Source: Gammaproteobacteria bacterium
GTDB taxonomy: Bacteria; Pseudomonadota; Gammaproteobacteria; JBPCXB01
DNA: 64,000 bases
Assembly (NCBI GenBank): GCA_051008935.1
Contig: JBPCXB010000066.1
Coordinates: forward strand, 50,649-114,648
Direction: 5' to 3'
Below are positions 1 to 9,155 of the stretch, piece by piece. Position 1 is the first letter of the stretch. Each line of letters starts with the position of its first letter. The notes under the pieces are model-generated. The model saw only the letters and a list, made by a program, of their open reading frames with translations, ran no database searches and had not been told where the DNA came from. A program made the position numbers and the translations under genes.

Positions 1-237
1 TCGGCGATTGTCCAGTCCGATTTTCTAATAGCGCGCGTCTCAGGCAGAAAATCAGGCAATTCGCCTGCGTCAAAGCGTTCCTGACGCTGTTGGCGTTGAC
101 GCAACAGCGCTTCGAGGCCAGGTTGAAACTTCTCAATCGTCTTAGCTAATAGCTCACAGGCTTCAGGTGTGAGTATTTCTAAATGCGACTCTAGCAGAGG
201 CTCGGTGAAGCTAAGGTGTGATATACGGGTAGTCATA
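1..237 (-). CDS. aceB: malate synthase A, N-terminal part (gene continues beyond window start)
   Basis: Minus-strand translation from ATG at 235-237 gives MTTRISHLSFTEPLLESHLEILTPEACELLAKTIEKFQPGLEALLRQRQQRQERFDAGELPDFLPETRAIRKSDWTIA. The LPDF-ETxxIRxxDWKI block matches the AceB N-terminus. The ORF runs off the window edge, which is why it is absent from the ORF track. Confidence 0.6.
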
Positions 238-390
238 ATGAGAGTGCAGCGAATTTTAGCTTTGGCAGTTGAACTGGTAGGTAGTACTGTTCGCTGTGTT
301 TTTTAATGCAGAGGTTCTTGATCTTTGTAGTGAGAAAGATCTTTATAGATACAAGAATTTACCGAGAAATCCGCGCTGTAGAAAAACTAC

Positions 391-960
391 ATTATTTTTT
401 ACTTTTTTATTTCTAAAGGCTGGACTGGTACTCTTTACTAAAGGTTGCCTGAAACAAGTTCAGGCAACGTGGTGCCCTAGAAAGCCTTCAAGCTCAGGTA
501 ACGTTGGGCTCTAGATAGCCCTCAAGCTCAGGCAGCGTTGTGTACTAGATAGCTTGTAACACAACATTATCTACTCTTCTACGCGTTTTGAGCTTGACTC
601 AAAACGCCTTTAGAGAAAGAGTAATAGTCGCTGACTTTTTTTACTTATTTTTTTACTAAAGGCTGCCCGAAACGAGTTCGGGCAGCGTTGTACTCTAGAC
701 AGACTGTAATACAAATTCCATCTACTCCACTACGCGCCCTAAGCTAACTGCTGACTTTTTTACTTTTTTATTTCTAAAGGCTGCCTTCGACAGGCTCAGG
801 CAGCGTGATGCACTAGAAAGCCTGTAACACAGGTAACGTTGGGCCCTAGACAGACTTAAGCACAACCCTATCTACTCCACCACGCATTTCGAGCTTGTCG
901 AGAAATGCCTTTAGAAAAAGAGTAAAAGTAGGGCGCCTTTAGAGAAAGAGTACCAGTCTA
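391..960. repeat. composite tandem repeat array of three units (about 391-630, 631-749, 750-960), each with a T-rich tract and conserved hairpins
   Basis: Direct repeats of ctgacttttttacttttttatttctaaaggctg plus a hairpin with a 10-bp stem, cagcgttg, ctagaNagNctgtaaNaca, tctactccacNacgc, a second hairpin and cctttagagaaagagtaa. Unit 2 is truncated. Read by eye. Confidence 0.7.
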
Positions 961-2376
961 ATAAGTACCAGTCGCCTTCAGACGCGCACAGATCTTCAAG
1001 GCAATTTGGCTGGCGGCTCCTGTATAGGTCTCAGGTGTCAAATTCAACAGGCGTTGACGCACCGTTTCATCGGTCAGGGGCAGAGTGGCTATGGCATCCT
1101 GAAATGCCTTCGCTCCCATTGTGCCTTTTCCTTTGCTCCATTGCTGTAACTGTTCATAGGCGGTATCTTGGCCCGCCATTCGCAAAGCTGTTTGCACAGC
1201 TTCTGTAAGCACTTCCCAGTGCGATTCCAGATCTTGCGTTATTTTTGCACGGTTGCATGCGGTGCGAGCCAGCCCCCTCCCGAGGGATTTCCAAGCCAGC
1301 AAACAGTGTCCAGCAGCAGTGCCTATATTGCGCTGCAATGTTGAGCCGGACAGGTCGCGCTGCCATCTGGATACCGTTAGGTTAAAGGCGAGCGAATGCA
1401 GCAAGGAGTCTGCAATCTGTAGATTGCCCTCGGCGTTTTCAAAGTCAATGGGGTTGATCTTGTGTGGCATAGTAGAAGAGCCGATTTCACCAGACAGGTT
1501 TTTTTGCGAAAGGTAGTCCATGGCGATATAGCCCCAAAAATCCCGACTCATATCCGTCAGAATTCGGTTGATGCGCATCAGGCAGTGGCAAATTTCCGCC
1601 AGCCTGTCATTGGGTTCGATTTGGGTGGTGCAGTCGTTGTAATCTAGTTGCAACCTCTGTTCTACAAAATCAGCACAAATCCGATCCCAGGGAAGATGAG
1701 GGATAGCGCTCAAGTGGGCATTGTAGTTACCGGTGGCACCGGAGAATTTGGCGCTAGGGTTCAGCTGGCTGAGATGGAGGATTTGCTGGTGTAGCCGATT
1801 GGCAAAAACGGCTACTTCCTTGCCGAACGTGGTAGGGCTGGCTACCTGTCCATGCGTGCGAGCCAGCATGGAGATTGAAGCTGTTTGTTCTGCCAGGGTC
1901 GTAAGTTGGTCCAAGAGCTGCCGTAATTCGGGTAATAGCACTTCAGCCAGTCCAGTTTGGAGCATACTAGCCCAAGCAGTGCTATTGATATCTTCAGAAG
2001 TACAGGCAAAGTGTATCCAAGGGATGCAGTCTGGGATGCCATGGCTTACCATTTGTTGCTGAAGCCAGTATTCCACTGCTTTAACATCGTGGCGTGTTTG
2101 GGCTTCGATGGCTTTGATCTCAGCAAACAAAGAGAGGAAGGAAGCATCTGTGCTGGTGCAAGCCTCCACTTCGGCAGCCAGAGCGGTTAGTCTGGAACGT
2201 GACCGATGAAGGGTCTCAAAAGCGGGATCTTCTTGTTCTGACAGATGCAACAACCAGCCGTATTCTACTTTGATACGTTGTAGAGCCAGATTTTGTTCGC
2301 TGAAAACTTCAGTTAGAGGGGCGGTTTGGGTGCGGTAGCGACCATCTAAGGGGGATAGTGCCGGTTCAGAAATCAA
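958..2376 (-). CDS. purB: adenylosuccinate lyase
   Basis: 472-aa ORF with the N-terminal LSPLDGRY motif and a fumarate-lyase-family sequence typical of PurB. Confidence 0.9.
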   Translation of the reverse strand: MISEPALSPLDGRYRTQTAPLTEVFSEQNLALQRIKVEYGWLLHLSEQEDPAFETLHRSRSRLTALAAEVEACTSTDASFLSLFAEIKAIEAQTRHDVKAVEYWLQQQMVSHGIPDCIPWIHFACTSEDINSTAWASMLQTGLAEVLLPELRQLLDQLTTLAEQTASISMLARTHGQVASPTTFGKEVAVFANRLHQQILHLSQLNPSAKFSGATGNYNAHLSAIPHLPWDRICADFVEQRLQLDYNDCTTQIEPNDRLAEICHCLMRINRILTDMSRDFWGYIAMDYLSQKNLSGEIGSSTMPHKINPIDFENAEGNLQIADSLLHSLAFNLTVSRWQRDLSGSTLQRNIGTAAGHCLLAWKSLGRGLARTACNRAKITQDLESHWEVLTEAVQTALRMAGQDTAYEQLQQWSKGKGTMGAKAFQDAIATLPLTDETVRQRLLNLTPETYTGAASQIALKICARLKATGTY

Positions 2377-2460
2377 CGCATTACGCCTTGGAGAGGGATC
2401 CAGAGAGGTATCAGTTAGTTGTTTATTTTAGCTTGCAGACAGCTCTGGAGTGTATCAGCC

Positions 2461-2496
2461 TGATGGAAGCCCTAATGGAAGTGCTAATGGAAGCGC
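2461..2496. repeat. three tandem 12-nt repeats (TAATGGAAGYGC-like) spanning the mnmA stop codon
   Basis: tgatggaagccc taatggaagtgc taatggaagcgc. On the minus strand each copy reads ...ttccat tag, so the F-H-stop end of mnmA is triplicated. Confidence 0.6.
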
Positions 2497-3611
2497 TGTA
2501 CAATCATGCCGCCTCCCAGACAGCGTTGATCGTCGTAAAAAACGCAGAATTGCCCACAGGCAGGAGTGCGCTGGGCTTCGGCAAAATCTACGGTCCAGAG
2601 TCCATCTTGCTCATCCAGCTGGCACGGGATATCCGTCTGACGGTACCGGAATCGAGCTGTTAGTTTGCAAGGCGTGCGGGGCGGCATGCCGATCCAGTTC
2701 ATATCTTTCAACAGCAGTCGCTGGTAGTACAGGGCTGGGTCTTCCCCCTGAGTCACTACTACTTGGTTGGTATCAGTATGGGTATCTACCACATACCAAG
2801 GCGCTTCAGCGGCACTTTGTATGCCGCCCAATCCCAGCCCTTTTCTTTGACCGGGTGTGTACAGACAGGCTCCTTGATGTTTTCCCAGTGTGGTGCCATC
2901 CGTGTCGGTGATGTCGCCCGGGGTCAGTTCGAGATAGCTGTTCAGAAAATTGGCAAAATTGCGCTCGCCGATAAAACAGATTCCAGTGCTGCCTTTCCGA
3001 TTCCAATTAGGTAAATGCTGTTGTTTTGCAAGCTGCCGGACTTCGGCTCGCAGCAAGGAGCCAATCGGAAACAGGACGTTTGTAAAGGCCGCTTCAGGTA
3101 CCTGATGCAAGAAATAACTCTGGTCCTTATCCGCGTCTCTGGCTCGAAGCAAACGGTGCTGGCCGGATGTACTGCGGTCTAGTCGAGCGTAGTGTCCGGT
3201 AGCCAACCATTTGTAGCCGAGTGTCTGGGCATGCTGGAGCAGTGCCCCAAACTTAATATGGCGGTTGCAGGCGATATCGGGATTTGGCGTGAGCCCCAGC
3301 CGGTATTGGGCCAGCATGGGCTCGAATACTTGCTCAAAATATTCAGGCGAGAATGAAATTTGATAGAGCTTGATGCCAAGAATTTCGCAGACTTGGCTTG
3401 CGCTGTCAAAGTCGTCTTGAGCAGTACAGTGGGGTGTGCCATCGTCTTCATCCCAGTTTTTCATAAAGACAGCGGCTACCTGATAGCCAGCCTGACAGAG
3501 CAGTAGCGCCGCTAGGGCAGAGTCTACCCCGCCAGATAGGGCCACTAGAATCGGATCAGATAGTGGGGCATCAAAGCTCTGGGTTAGACTATGAATGCGC
3601 TTTGATGTCAT
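2484..3611 (-). CDS. mnmA: tRNA-specific 2-thiouridylase
   Basis: 375-aa ORF with the SGGVDSA PP-loop motif and C-terminal similarity to MnmA/TrmU. Confidence 0.9.
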   Translation of the reverse strand: MTSKRIHSLTQSFDAPLSDPILVALSGGVDSALAALLLCQAGYQVAAVFMKNWDEDDGTPHCTAQDDFDSASQVCEILGIKLYQISFSPEYFEQVFEPMLAQYRLGLTPNPDIACNRHIKFGALLQHAQTLGYKWLATGHYARLDRSTSGQHRLLRARDADKDQSYFLHQVPEAAFTNVLFPIGSLLRAEVRQLAKQQHLPNWNRKGSTGICFIGERNFANFLNSYLELTPGDITDTDGTTLGKHQGACLYTPGQRKGLGLGGIQSAAEAPWYVVDTHTDTNQVVVTQGEDPALYYQRLLLKDMNWIGMPPRTPCKLTARFRYRQTDIPCQLDEQDGLWTVDFAEAQRTPACGQFCVFYDDQRCLGGGMIVQRFH

Positions 3612-3733
3612 GTTTGGGGCTCACAGCGAAAACGAGGTGGGAAAAGAGAAGCTACCTCGCTTTAGGCATCTTTCGATCATTTTATAAAAGATTAAATAAG
3701 TACAAGGCGTTTGCAGACAGGAGCAGCAGGTCC

Positions 3734-4198
3734 ATGGCAAGGATGATAGATGTCGGGTCTAAGCCCCGAACTCAGAGGCGTGCAACTGCTCAGGCAATCG
3801 TGTGCATGAACCGTGCAACGCTCAATGCGGTTTTAGACAATCGGATTGTGAAAGGAGACGTTGTCAGCCTTGCGCAGGTAGCGGGCATTATGGGAGCCAA
3901 AATGTGCCCGCAAATGTTGCCTTTGTGTCACCCGTTGCCCCTAGCTTCTGCTGATGTGACAGTAGAGAGCTGGCACCAAGGTGACGAACAGGGTTTAAGA
4001 GTTCTGGCCACAGCTTCCGTGGAGGGTCAGACTGGTGTGGAAATGGAATCTTTGGCGGCTTGTGCAACTGCCGCTCTATGCATTTACGATATGTGTAAAT
4101 CCATGGACCCTGCGATACGTATCGAGCAGATGTGCTTACTGGAAAAAGACGGTGGCAAATCCGGCCTGTGGCAGCGCGCCCTGCCGCAAACGCCTTAG
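3734..4198 (+). CDS. moaC: cyclic pyranopterin monophosphate synthase
   Basis: The LPLCHP and TGVEMEaLtAa motifs are diagnostic of MoaC. Start chosen at the internal Met of MARMIDV within the longer ORF 3563-4198. Confidence 0.85.
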   Translation: MARMIDVGSKPRTQRRATAQAIVCMNRATLNAVLDNRIVKGDVVSLAQVAGIMGAKMCPQMLPLCHPLPLASADVTVESWHQGDEQGLRVLATASVEGQTGVEMESLAACATAALCIYDMCKSMDPAIRIEQMCLLEKDGGKSGLWQRALPQTP

Positions 4199-4246
4199 CG
4201 GCATACGCCGTATATTTAGTGGCCTGTTTGTGTGGAGGTAGTGCGG

Positions 4247-4510
4247 ATGCGGCTCAATGTGGTATATCTGGCTTCAGTAAGAGAACGGGTGGGACGGCAC
4301 GAAGAGCAAATTGAGATCGCGCAGCATGCGTGTAATCTAGGCGATCTGTTGGCATTGTTGTCTGCTAAATATGCTGGGCTTTTTAATGATCCAGATATAG
4401 GCTGTGCCGTGTCAGGGCAGATCCAACCCATGCACACTAGTGCAATCACAGCCTGCCAGTTGCAGGATGAAGATGAGATTGCATTCTTTCCTCCGATGAC
4501 AGGAGGGTGA
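4247..4510 (+). CDS. moaD: molybdopterin synthase sulfur-carrier subunit
   Basis: 87-aa product ending in FFPPMTGG (C-terminal Gly-Gly). A GGAGG Shine-Dalgarno lies 8 nt upstream of the ATG at 4247. Confidence 0.8.
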   Translation: MRLNVVYLASVRERVGRHEEQIEIAQHACNLGDLLALLSAKYAGLFNDPDIGCAVSGQIQPMHTSAITACQLQDEDEIAFFPPMTGG

Positions 4511-4511
4511 G

Positions 4512-4979
4512 ATGGCTCGCCGGGCTCTTGACCGCACCAAGGTACGTATTGGTATCACAGATCAGCAGCTGCAGCCAGATCCTCTGATGCAGTGGCTGGA
4601 TCAAGCCGACACCGGTGCCATCGCTTCTTTTTTGGGGAAAGTACGATCTGAGCAGGGGCGTGTGCAGGCTCTGACTCTTGAGCATTACCATCGAATGACC
4701 GGTGTCAGTCTAGAAAAAATCGCCGCCCAAGCGCAAGGCAGGTGGGATCTGCACGGGCTCGATATACAACACCGGATAGGCACATTAGTTCCTTTAGAGC
4801 CCATTGTATTTATAGCCGTTGCTGCTCGCTATAGAGCCGATGCTCTGAGTGCCTGCGAGTTTGTGGCAGATCATCTCAAGTCCGAAGCCGCTTTTTGGAA
4901 ATGCGAGCATCGCATAGATGGTAACCATTGGCTTGCACCTTCCGAAGCGGACCGCCGCCGCTTAAAGAAATGGCTGTGA
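4512..4979 (+). CDS. moaE: molybdopterin synthase catalytic subunit
   Basis: 155-aa ORF immediately after moaD with the MoaE fold signature. Start is adjacent to the moaD stop. Confidence 0.85.
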   Translation: MARRALDRTKVRIGITDQQLQPDPLMQWLDQADTGAIASFLGKVRSEQGRVQALTLEHYHRMTGVSLEKIAAQAQGRWDLHGLDIQHRIGTLVPLEPIVFIAVAARYRADALSACEFVADHLKSEAAFWKCEHRIDGNHWLAPSEADRRRLKKWL

Positions 4980-5158
4980 TCGTGAATTCCGTAGCTTATT
5001 TCTTTTGCATAGGGTCCAGAGCCGACTAGAGTAACTAAAATTCTGTACTGACAGGATGCGTATTGGTTCTAATAGCACAGCAAAGCGCTATTAAATGTTC
5101 AAGGGTCCCATGTCAATAGTTCAATAGGTCACTAGATAAACAAATAAAGGATCAAGGT

Positions 5159-6430
5159 ATGAATGCAAAACCTTATGTCAGAGTCAGAATTCCGGATTTC
5201 GGAGAGAAATTAATAGTGCGGGCCAATGGCCGCCTCGAAGTTCCGGACCATATTGTCATTCCGTACATTGAGGGGGATGGCATCGGTAGTGACATCACGC
5301 CCGTCATGTTGAATGTGATCAACAAGGCAGTTGAACTGGCTTACGGTAGCCGGCGCAGCATCGCTTGGATGGAAATCTATTGTGGCGAGAAGGCCACTCA
5401 GGTTTATGGCGATGATGTTTGGCTGCCGGATGAAACACTCCAGATCCTTGAAGACTATTCGATCGGTATCAAAGGGCCTTTGACCACCCCGGTCGGCGGC
5501 GGCATCAGGTCGCTCAATGTAGCGCTGCGCCAGAAGCTGGATCTGTATGTTTGTCAAAGACCGGTACGCTGGTTCACAGGCGTACCTTCGCCAGTCGTTG
5601 AGCCTGAAAAGGTGGATATGGTTATCTTTAGGGAAAACTCAGAAGATATTTATGCTGGTATCGAATGGCAAGCGGGTAGCCCTGAGGCTAAAAAAATCAC
5701 AGAGTTTTTGCAGAAAGAAATGGCCGTGGGTCAAATACGTTTCCCGGATTACTGCGGTATTGGCATCAAACCGGTATCAAAAGAAGGCACGCAACGTTTG
5801 GTTCGCAAGGCCATTGACTATTGCATCGAACAGAACCGTTCGTCAGTGACATTAGTGCACAAAGGGAATATTATGAAATTCACCGAGGGTGCTTTTAAGG
5901 ATTGGGGCTATGAGCTTGCTGCGGAACGCTATAACGCAAAACCCATAGATGGTGGGCCTTGGCACAGTTTTCCGAATCCGAAAACCGGCGAAGAGATTAT
6001 TATCAAAGACGTGATCGCAGATGCTTTCTTACAGCAGATCTTGACGCGCCCATCTGAGTACAGTGTCATAGCGACGCTGAATTTAAATGGTGACTATATC
6101 TCAGACGCTCTTGCTGCCCAGGTCGGTGGCATAGGAATAGCACCTGGAGCTAACATAGGAGGTAGTATTGCGCTTTTTGAGGCCACCCATGGTACAGCTC
6201 CGAAGTATACCGGGCAAGATAAGGTCAATCCGGGTTCTTTGATTCTTTCTGCTGAGATGATGCTTAGGCATCTGGGTTGGACTGAGGCTGCAGACCTTGT
6301 GATTGATGGTATCACCAAGGCAATTGCAGCAGGCACTGTCACTTACGATTTTGAACGCCTGATGAAAGATGCTACTTTGTTGAGCTGTTCGGAATTTGGA
6401 GAAGCTATTGTCCACAAAATGTCGCATTGA
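5159..6430 (+). CDS. icd: NADP-dependent isocitrate dehydrogenase
   Basis: 423-aa ORF with the YIEGDGIG motif and a C-terminal [17 protein letters not shown] motif typical of the isocitrate/isopropylmalate dehydrogenase family. Confidence 0.95.
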   Translation: MNAKPYVRVRIPDFGEKLIVRANGRLEVPDHIVIPYIEGDGIGSDITPVMLNVINKAVELAYGSRRSIAWMEIYCGEKATQVYGDDVWLPDETLQILEDYSIGIKGPLTTPVGGGIRSLNVALRQKLDLYVCQRPVRWFTGVPSPVVEPEKVDMVIFRENSEDIYAGIEWQAGSPEAKKITEFLQKEMAVGQIRFPDYCGIGIKPVSKEGTQRLVRKAIDYCIEQNRSSVTLVHKGNIMKFTEGAFKDWGYELAAERYNAKPIDGGPWHSFPNPKTGEEIIIKDVIADAFLQQILTRPSEYSVIATLNLNGDYISDALAAQVGGIGIAPGANIGGSIALFEATHGTAPKYTGQDKVNPGSLILSAEMMLRHLGWTEAADLVIDGITKAIAAGTVTYDFERLMKDATLLSCSEFGEAIVHKMSH

Positions 6431-6779
6431 CGGCTCTACTGCTCAGCCAGACGATGCGCTGGGCTCGGTTGAACTGGCAAGAGAAGAGAGGGTCAAACCA
6501 AAGCTGCCGAAACGCTATGCAGTTTTGATGATGAACGATGACTATACGCCCATGGAATTTGTCGTGAGCGTTCTTCAGGATATTTTCGGTATGGATGAAG
6601 AGAAAGCCGTGAGTAAAATGCTTGAAGTGCATACGCGCGGCTCAGCCGTTTGTGGGGTTTATACTAGAGAAATTGCAGAGACCAAATGCGATCAAGCTGT
6701 TGCTTTAGCCCGAGGGCTCGAGCATCCTTTGTTGTGTAGGGTTGAGCCTTTGGAAAATAAAGGGCAGGACGATGATTGA
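6396..6779 (+). CDS. clpS: ATP-dependent Clp protease adaptor ClpS
   Basis: The [20 protein letters not shown] core matches ClpS. The only in-frame starts are TTG at 6396 or 6408, overlapping the icd stop. Start is uncertain. Confidence 0.8.
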   Translation: MEKLLSTKCRIDGSTAQPDDALGSVELAREERVKPKLPKRYAVLMMNDDYTPMEFVVSVLQDIFGMDEEKAVSKMLEVHTRGSAVCGVYTREIAETKCDQAVALARGLEHPLLCRVEPLENKGQDDD

Positions 6780-6863
6780 GAATCTGCCTGTAACCACTGG
6801 ATTGGATAGGGTTGATTCGGCAATGTCGAGTGGCTTCCGTCCAGTCTGCGAGTAATCAGAATT

Positions 6864-9143
6864 ATGCTGACCGAGAAAGCACAGAAAATTCTCACCTTGA
6901 CGCACCAGCATGCCGTTCAATCGCACCATGAGTTCATTACTCTGGAACATTTGTTGCTGGCTCTTTTAGACGATCATGATGTGGTTGAAACTCTGAGCCA
7001 ATGCAAGGCAAGTGTTCAGCAATTGAAGTCAGATTTAGAGGGTTTTCTGGCCGATCCTCAGAATATGCCGCACCACAGAGATGGCGAGCAACCTCAGCCT
7101 TCCAATGCGCTACAGCGCATCATGAAACGAGCGGTATTCCATGCGCAAGCCAGCCGTCAATCGCCTGTGGAGTGTGCAGATCTATTGGTGGCGCTGTTTT
7201 CTGAACCTGAGAGTCATGCCGTGCATTTTTTGCATCAGCAGGACGTGACCCGTTTGCATGTCATTACTTGTTTGTCTCACGGCCAGCAGGCGAAGCCCGC
7301 CCGTGCCTCTGAGCCTTCTGAAGAGCCTGCTGAAGAAGCTGCTCGAGAAACGGCTTTGTCGCTTTATACGACCAACTTGAACGAAGAGGCGATCAAAGGC
7401 AGAGTCGAGCCTCTGGTTGGCCGCAAGGCGGAATTACAGCGGATGATTCATATTCTGGCACGTCGGCGCAAGAATAATCCGCTCTTAGTGGGGGATGCGG
7501 GAGTCGGTAAAACAGCTTTGGCGGAAGGTTTGGCGCAATGCATTGTTGAAAGTCACGTCCCTCTTGAGTTGAAAGACGCCTGCATCTACAGTCTGGATAT
7601 GGGCGCACTGCTCTCAGGGACACGCTATAGAGGAGATTTCGAACAGCGGCTCAAAAATCTTTTAAAAGAACTGAAAGAAATCCCCAAAGCCATTTTGTTT
7701 ATCGATGAAATACATACTTTGATCGGCGCTGGTGCGGCATCTGGCACTGTGTTGGATTCCGCTAACTTGCTGAAGCCGTCTCTGGCTCGCGGGGATTTGC
7801 GATGTATTGGAGCTACGACGATAAAGGAATACCGCTCCATCTTTGAGAAAGAACAAGCGCTTTCCAGACGGTTCTTGAAAATTGATGTGTTAGAGCCCAG
7901 CCAAGTAGATACATTGGCTATTCTCAAAGGGCTGGCTCCGAATTTTGAAAAGCATTATGACCTGAGATACACAGCTAAAGCCTTGAAAATGAGCGTGGAG
8001 CTTTCAAGCCGTTACATTACAGACCGTCTGTTGCCCGACAAAGCCATTGATGTTATGGATGAAAGTGGTGCAGCAGTGCGGCTAGCTGATCGCAATAGGC
8101 GTACTGTAACCGAAGCGGACATTCAGCGTACGGTGGCTATCATGGCGCGTGTGCCCGAGCACCGTGTTTCAGAATCTGATCGCAGTCGCTTGCAGGATTT
8201 AGCGGGTAATCTCAAGCATGTGATATTTGGTCAGGACAAGGCATTGAACCGACTGATCAGTGCTATACAACTTGCTCGCGCAGGTTTGAAAGAAGAACGG
8301 CGCCCCATCGGGAGTTTCCTATTTGTTGGCCCTACTGGGGTCGGTAAGACGGAATCAGCCCGTCAGCTGGCTAAATGCATGGGGGTCGAACTGGTGCGTT
8401 TCGATATGTCGGAATATATGGAGCGCCATACTGTTTCGCGTTTGATCGGTGCGCCACCTGGGTACGTAGGTTTTGATCAAGGGGGATTGCTGATCGAAGA
8501 AATCAGGAAGCACCCTCATGCCATATTATTGCTAGACGAGATTGAGAAGGCGCATTCAGACGTGCACAATTTGCTACTGCAAGTGATGGATCATGGCAAA
8601 TTAACGGATAGTTATGGGCGTTCTGCGGATTGTTCGAATTTGATCCTGATCATGACCTCGAATGCAGGTGCCGCACGAGTTGCTGCCAATACCCCGGGCT
8701 TTCATGCTGGAGACAGCGGCGCTGATGCGATTCGAGAGCTGGAAAAAGCGTTCTCGCCAGAATTTCGAAACCGGCTGGATGCGGTGATCCAGTTCGGTAG
8801 CCTCGAATTAGATACCGTGCTGACTATTGTCGATAAATTCGCTACCGAATTGCAGGTCATGTTGGATCAACATTCGGTCATTCTGCATCTCGATGATGCG
8901 GCGCGCCTTTGGTTGGCAGAAAAAGGCTACGATAAAAAAATGGGGGCGCGTCCGCTGCACCGGCTCATGCGAGAAAAGATCAAGGAACCGCTATCGCGGG
9001 AGATACTGTTCGGTGCTTTGGTAGCAGGCGGGGATGCCTATGCGAAAGTAAAAGCCGATGATTTGGTGCTTGATACCCACCCGGCAGCCCCTAAAGGCAA
9101 GAAAAAGCGTATTCAAGAGCTTGAATCACCGCCCAGCGCGTAA
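6864..9143 (+). CDS. clpA: ATP-dependent Clp protease ATP-binding subunit ClpA
   Basis: 759-aa ORF with two AAA+ modules (GDAGVGKT and GPTGVGKT Walker A motifs) and a ClpA-type N-domain. Confidence 0.95.
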   Translation: MLTEKAQKILTLTHQHAVQSHHEFITLEHLLLALLDDHDVVETLSQCKASVQQLKSDLEGFLADPQNMPHHRDGEQPQPSNALQRIMKRAVFHAQASRQSPVECADLLVALFSEPESHAVHFLHQQDVTRLHVITCLSHGQQAKPARASEPSEEPAEEAARETALSLYTTNLNEEAIKGRVEPLVGRKAELQRMIHILARRRKNNPLLVGDAGVGKTALAEGLAQCIVESHVPLELKDACIYSLDMGALLSGTRYRGDFEQRLKNLLKELKEIPKAILFIDEIHTLIGAGAASGTVLDSANLLKPSLARGDLRCIGATTIKEYRSIFEKEQALSRRFLKIDVLEPSQVDTLAILKGLAPNFEKHYDLRYTAKALKMSVELSSRYITDRLLPDKAIDVMDESGAAVRLADRNRRTVTEADIQRTVAIMARVPEHRVSESDRSRLQDLAGNLKHVIFGQDKALNRLISAIQLARAGLKEERRPIGSFLFVGPTGVGKTESARQLAKCMGVELVRFDMSEYMERHTVSRLIGAPPGYVGFDQGGLLIEEIRKHPHAILLLDEIEKAHSDVHNLLLQVMDHGKLTDSYGRSADCSNLILIMTSNAGAARVAANTPGFHAGDSGADAIRELEKAFSPEFRNRLDAVIQFGSLELDTVLTIVDKFATELQVMLDQHSVILHLDDAARLWLAEKGYDKKMGARPLHRLMREKIKEPLSREILFGALVAGGDAYAKVKADDLVLDTHPAAPKGKKKRIQELESPPSA

Positions 9144-9155
9144 TGCGTACATAAC

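Noticed and set aside
455-475. Sigma-54 promoter-like GGCAC...TTGC on the minus strand of the repeat
   Set aside because: Spacing between the GG and GC elements is 9 nt rather than the required 10.
296-514. 72-aa ORF inside the repeat array
   Set aside because: It lies entirely within low-complexity, T-rich repeat DNA. It shows no ribosome-binding site or recognisable domain, and its reading frame is not maintained across the other repeat units. I treated it as a spurious ORF.
391-960. CRISPR array hypothesis for the repeat region
   Set aside because: Repeats are not separated by unique spacers of uniform length. Units are 120-240 bp with internal sub-repeats. There are no cas genes nearby.
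391-960. Integron attC cassette array hypothesis
   Set aside because: No ORFs lie between the units and no intI gene is present. The inverted repeats are 10 bp rather than the long imperfect R''-L''/L'-R' arms of attC. GTTRRRY-like cores are only partially matched.
1154-2190. Multiple short ORFs antisense to or overlapping purB (for example 1253-1516, 1733-2062)
   Set aside because: They are embedded in and out of frame with a well-supported 472-aa PurB. There is no independent evidence for them.
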